This document shows positions 61,011 through 64,000 of a DNA stretch of 64,000 nucleotides, piece by piece. Both the position numbers and the translations under genes were made by a program. Below the pieces are notes generated by a model. The model was not told the DNA's origin. It saw only the letters and a program-made list of their open reading frames with translations, and made no database searches. The DNA is taken from the sequence record MW394391.1. One strand, 5' to 3'. The stretch is from Klebsiella phage vB_KpM_FBKp24. The first letter of the stretch is position 1, and each line of letters opens with the position of its first letter.

Positions 61011-63293
61011 CTACTCGTTAATAAACCAATGTACGGGGGCTTTAACGTAAATAGTTCCTACTAACCCAGTGAAGTTAATAGAAACTCCTATTTGATCCGA
61101 ATATGCAGCCTTTCTTACCGACATTGGGAATGCAATATACCCTACGTCAGTTAAACCGGTTAATGTTTTCTTCTTATTAAAGTGAGAATCTACCCCAACA
61201 GACGTACCTTGTGTGTTGGCTAACTGTGAACGAGTCTCTGTGATTGTGGCCACGCTACCAGAAACAGTACCTGTATAAGTTGGCGTATCGTAGTACTTAA
61301 TGTAGTTATACAAGTAAAGTCCTGATACGTAGTCACTCCCTAATCTTACCGAAATTGCGGAGGCAAAAAGAGGGTTAAAGTTGTTTGCTGAATCAAATCT
61401 TTTTAAGCATTCAAGAGTAATAACATTACTTGCTAGAGTAGAAGTGATTTTAATCGTTGCGAGCCCATCTTCATCCAGCGTAGCGAGTTTGGTAATGGTT
61501 ACACCGGTTCCAGTAAAACTAAACTTATGTTGAGTTCGACTATCGGTTTGGTTGTTGAAATCAGTATCTGTTGCCACTGTATCCCATTTCCAGCGCCACC
61601 CCATCAAAGATTGTTGATAATCACTCAAAACAGGAGTAGTGGCGCGAAGGGAACCGGATGGTGCTAATGTATTGTATCCGCCCTTAACAACGCAAACAAA
61701 CTGGTCCCCGGTATTATCTCCGTAACCAGCAACGGTTCCCTGGCCTGTGAGGGAGTAATAAGGAGCCCAATAGTAATCCGATAAAGACCATGCGCACTCA
61801 TTGAAGGTTACCCCGAGGTCTTTCGTTGGGCAGGAAATCATTTGGCGTGCGTGGTTCGCTCTAAAAGTGTCAGAGTAATAAGGAGAGGTGTACTGGTTAG
61901 GGTAGAGGTAGACGCCATTGAACATGAAAATGTTTCGAATGTTCCATGTGTTACCTGGATAGATCTGAGTGAGCTGAGGTTGATTTACCAACATATTACC
62001 AAAGCCTTCGATCCATCCTCTTTCCATCGTGACACGGGTATTAGAGGAATAAAGTGAGCATCTAAAAACATCCCCTGCCGTGTAGTCCAAACTCGTGTCA
62101 ATGATACTAACTATCGCGCCCTTATCAAACCAGAAATGAGCGGTATCGTTATTCCCAATAACCCCGTTAATGAATACTATCTTTTCACCGGAGTTAACAA
62201 TAGTTTGGTTAGTTTCGAACCACACCCCGATTTGGTTATTTGCAATATTGAAATCAGAAAAAGTATTGCAATAAAAGTTAATGTAGTTGATACGCAGACC
62301 GTACTTAAATCCTTCCACCCTGAAATTCTTGACATTAAGATCCCTGACAGACATCGGGAGCGTTCCATAGGTGGCAATTCTAATACCCGCGGCGTTACTT
62401 GTTGACTTTCCTGGGCCTAAAATAAAGAAAGACCCGCCATTAGCGTTAAAGAAATTCGACCCCTGAGTATCGACGAAATTACTATCCGGCATCTGGCCAG
62501 CTGCAACACCGGTGATACCTTCATTCGTGATAACGATCGCGTCATCATTTGTTAGAGAAGTGACTAAATAAATATTCCCATAAGAGACTAAAGAAAAGAA
62601 CGAGGGGATTTTAACTTGTTTCTCTAGCACGTATTTATCGGAAAACTGAGGAAAGAAAATCTGAGTGCTAACACCGAAAGTATTCTTGTTAGCGGAAATT
62701 TTGGCGGTAGTAAAATCAACAATTTTTTGGATTGCGGCTCCTGTACCCGTACCGTCGCTTTTCACTCCGGCCAAACGAATATCTACCCCTTTAGAGACAT
62801 CAACTTTCCAACGGGCACCTTTGGGAGTCACCATAATTGAGAAGTCATTATCAGCGGAAGCAACGTCGCTAGAATCATAATTGGCAATAATATTGATTAG
62901 CGGACCGCCTTGTACAGCACGCTCTAAAATAATTTTTTGCCCTGCGTACCACGGCTCAAATTTTCGCAGATCGGCGATAGTCGCGACAGATACTGTTGTC
63001 AGTGTAGATGGAAACGCCAGAACAGTAAAAGAACCTGCGTTCGTAGTTACCGTGGCTGTGGTTCCGGTAACAGAAACGCCACTCACAACTCCGGTGATAG
63101 CGGTAGTATTAAAAATCTCTTTTGATTCTGGAAGAATAGCAAAAGAGTAATTTGTCAGGTCGTTACCGACTTCCAGTGAACTGATAGACGTTTGCGGGAT
63201 GTTCAATAACTGAGAAAGAACCTCGCCGCTTGATTGTACGGATGTACTTCCACCCGGCTGAATAAAATTAGTTTGCATTTTAGGTCCTATCAA
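61011..63293 (-). CDS. tailspike or tail-fibre protein (760 aa)
   Basis: Contains module LRKFEPWYAGQKIILERAV... shared with 58951..60936; Gly/Asn/Ser/Thr-rich repetitive body. Confidence 0.65.
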   Translation of the reverse strand: MIGPKMQTNFIQPGGSTSVQSSGEVLSQLLNIPQTSISSLEVGNDLTNYSFAILPESKEIFNTTAITGVVSGVSVTGTTATVTTNAGSFTVLAFPSTLTTVSVATIADLRKFEPWYAGQKIILERAVQGGPLINIIANYDSSDVASADNDFSIMVTPKGARWKVDVSKGVDIRLAGVKSDGTGTGAAIQKIVDFTTAKISANKNTFGVSTQIFFPQFSDKYVLEKQVKIPSFFSLVSYGNIYLVTSLTNDDAIVITNEGITGVAAGQMPDSNFVDTQGSNFFNANGGSFFILGPGKSTSNAAGIRIATYGTLPMSVRDLNVKNFRVEGFKYGLRINYINFYCNTFSDFNIANNQIGVWFETNQTIVNSGEKIVFINGVIGNNDTAHFWFDKGAIVSIIDTSLDYTAGDVFRCSLYSSNTRVTMERGWIEGFGNMLVNQPQLTQIYPGNTWNIRNIFMFNGVYLYPNQYTSPYYSDTFRANHARQMISCPTKDLGVTFNECAWSLSDYYWAPYYSLTGQGTVAGYGDNTGDQFVCVVKGGYNTLAPSGSLRATTPVLSDYQQSLMGWRWKWDTVATDTDFNNQTDSRTQHKFSFTGTGVTITKLATLDEDGLATIKITSTLASNVITLECLKRFDSANNFNPLFASAISVRLGSDYVSGLYLYNYIKYYDTPTYTGTVSGSVATITETRSQLANTQGTSVGVDSHFNKKKTLTGLTDVGYIAFPMSVRKAAYSDQIGVSINFTGLVGTIYVKAPVHWFINE

Positions 63294-63330
63294 AACGTGA
63301 AAAGCGAAGGAGGAGAAACTCTCCTTCGCT
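63288..63330 (-). terminator. intrinsic terminator hairpin
   Basis: agcgaaggag-gagaaact-ctccttcgct stem-loop followed by a U-rich tract on the minus transcript. Confidence 0.6.
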
Positions 63331-63345
63331 TATTTTCTTACATTA

Positions 63346-63639
63346 TCAGGATTGACCGTTAATACCAAAACTAGCAGATAGTTCTTTCTCTGCTTGTTCT
63401 AATATTTCTTCCCCTGATTGGCTTTCAGTAACGATTTTGAAAGTTACTGCCCCTTGAGAAAACCCTTCTATATCCACCGTAAAGAAAATCTCGGCGATAT
63501 CTCCTATATATTTTCCCCCGTAATTAATACTTGTAGCCGTATACGTGGCTTCTAGGGATTTTAAAGAAGGTGTAGATGAAGATCCAATTTCATCAATTTT
63601 CTCTTTCGTATAAAATTCTTTGACTACAGTAAAGCTCAT
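63346..63639 (-). CDS. hypothetical protein (97 aa)
   Basis: ORF between structural genes. Confidence 0.45.
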   Translation of the reverse strand: MSFTVVKEFYTKEKIDEIGSSSTPSLKSLEATYTATSINYGGKYIGDIAEIFFTVDIEGFSQGAVTFKIVTESQSGEEILEQAEKELSASFGINGQS

Positions 63640-63650
63640 CTTCAGTCCTC

Positions 63651-63914
63651 TTATATTTGGGTTATTTCTATCTCGATACCGTAGATATTACCTGCCACTG
63701 GGGTATCGGTGTTTTGAGAAGTACCTCGGTAAAGTGCAGGTGGGATAATAATATCAAAACATTGACCGTTATTAGCTGAGAAATATCCTGCCTGCAGACC
63801 GCTGAATGTTTGCGCGAATATTGTGTTTGTAGTAAAGCTTGACAGCGCCGATAACGTGGTAGTGTAAACGCTATTATTGACCGTAGTTTCAGCTTTGAGC
63901 TTCTCTAGTTCCAC
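63651..63914 (-). CDS. hypothetical protein (87 aa)
   Basis: ORF between structural genes. Confidence 0.45.
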   Translation of the reverse strand: MELEKLKAETTVNNSVYTTTLSALSSFTTNTIFAQTFSGLQAGYFSANNGQCFDIIIPPALYRGTSQNTDTPVAGNIYGIEIEITQI

Positions 63915-64000
63915 TACGGAAGCAACGTAACTTTGTCCCTGAGTACTGACAATATAAGAACGACTGTTAACGTGGTTAGCGCCATTAACTCTTAATTCGA

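Noticed and set aside
948-63150. Dozens of plus-strand ORFs of 60-290 aa in the six-frame track (for example 948..1181, 5418..6287, 11058..11627, 26387..26749, 35651..36007, 47373..47831, 62881..63150)
   Set aside because: They lie antisense within much longer, well-supported minus-strand genes (RtcB, AAA+, ThyA, tailspikes and others). They lack ribosome-binding sites and have low-complexity or odd composition. They are shadow ORFs of the minus-strand coding frames. Only 19319..19657 and 53374..53595 occupy otherwise gene-free space.
1-64000. CRISPR arrays, tRNA/rRNA genes, transposases, integrases, homing endonucleases
   Set aside because: There are no direct-repeat/spacer arrays. No intergenic region longer than about 135 nt exists, and none has tRNA-like arm complementarity. 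No DDE/HNH/GIY-YIG or tyrosine-recombinase motifs were recognised in any ORF.

Overview
This 64-kb window looks like a large virulent dsDNA phage, tailed and T4-like or Ackermannviridae-like by gene content. That placement is an inference from the gene set, not a database hit. More than 100 tightly packed genes lie almost entirely on the minus strand. Many end in ATGA or TAATG overlaps, and GC-rich hairpin-plus-U-run intrinsic terminators split them into units. Only two plus-strand genes look plausible, each followed by a bidirectional hairpin. Products recognisable from the sequence: RtcB RNA ligase, co-operonic with a 563-aa BRCT-like protein; Tpt1/KptA RNA 2'-phosphotransferase; two macrodomain proteins, one TARG1/DarG-like; a NADAR-like protein; an HD phosphohydrolase; a NadR-type NMN adenylyltransferase/ribosylnicotinamide kinase next to a PnuC transporter; a 463-aa thymidylate-synthase homolog with three internal insertions; dUTPase; two BCS1-like AAA+ ATPases; an SspB-like ClpX-adaptor homolog; and six consecutive large beta-helix tailspike or fibre proteins, one with a C-terminal S74-type chaperone module. 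Most other genes are hypothetical. No rRNA, tRNA, CRISPR array, transposase, intein or homing endonuclease was seen. The main observations are: a dispersed NAD+, ADP-ribose and RNA-end-repair toolkit that could act as multi-layer counter-defence; a recurrent promoter-like motif with core CTATATCAC, usually just downstream of a terminator; promoter-gene-terminator moron-like cassettes; a possible small RNA or leader inside the tailspike locus; and two short unannotated membrane-peptide genes translationally coupled to neighbours.
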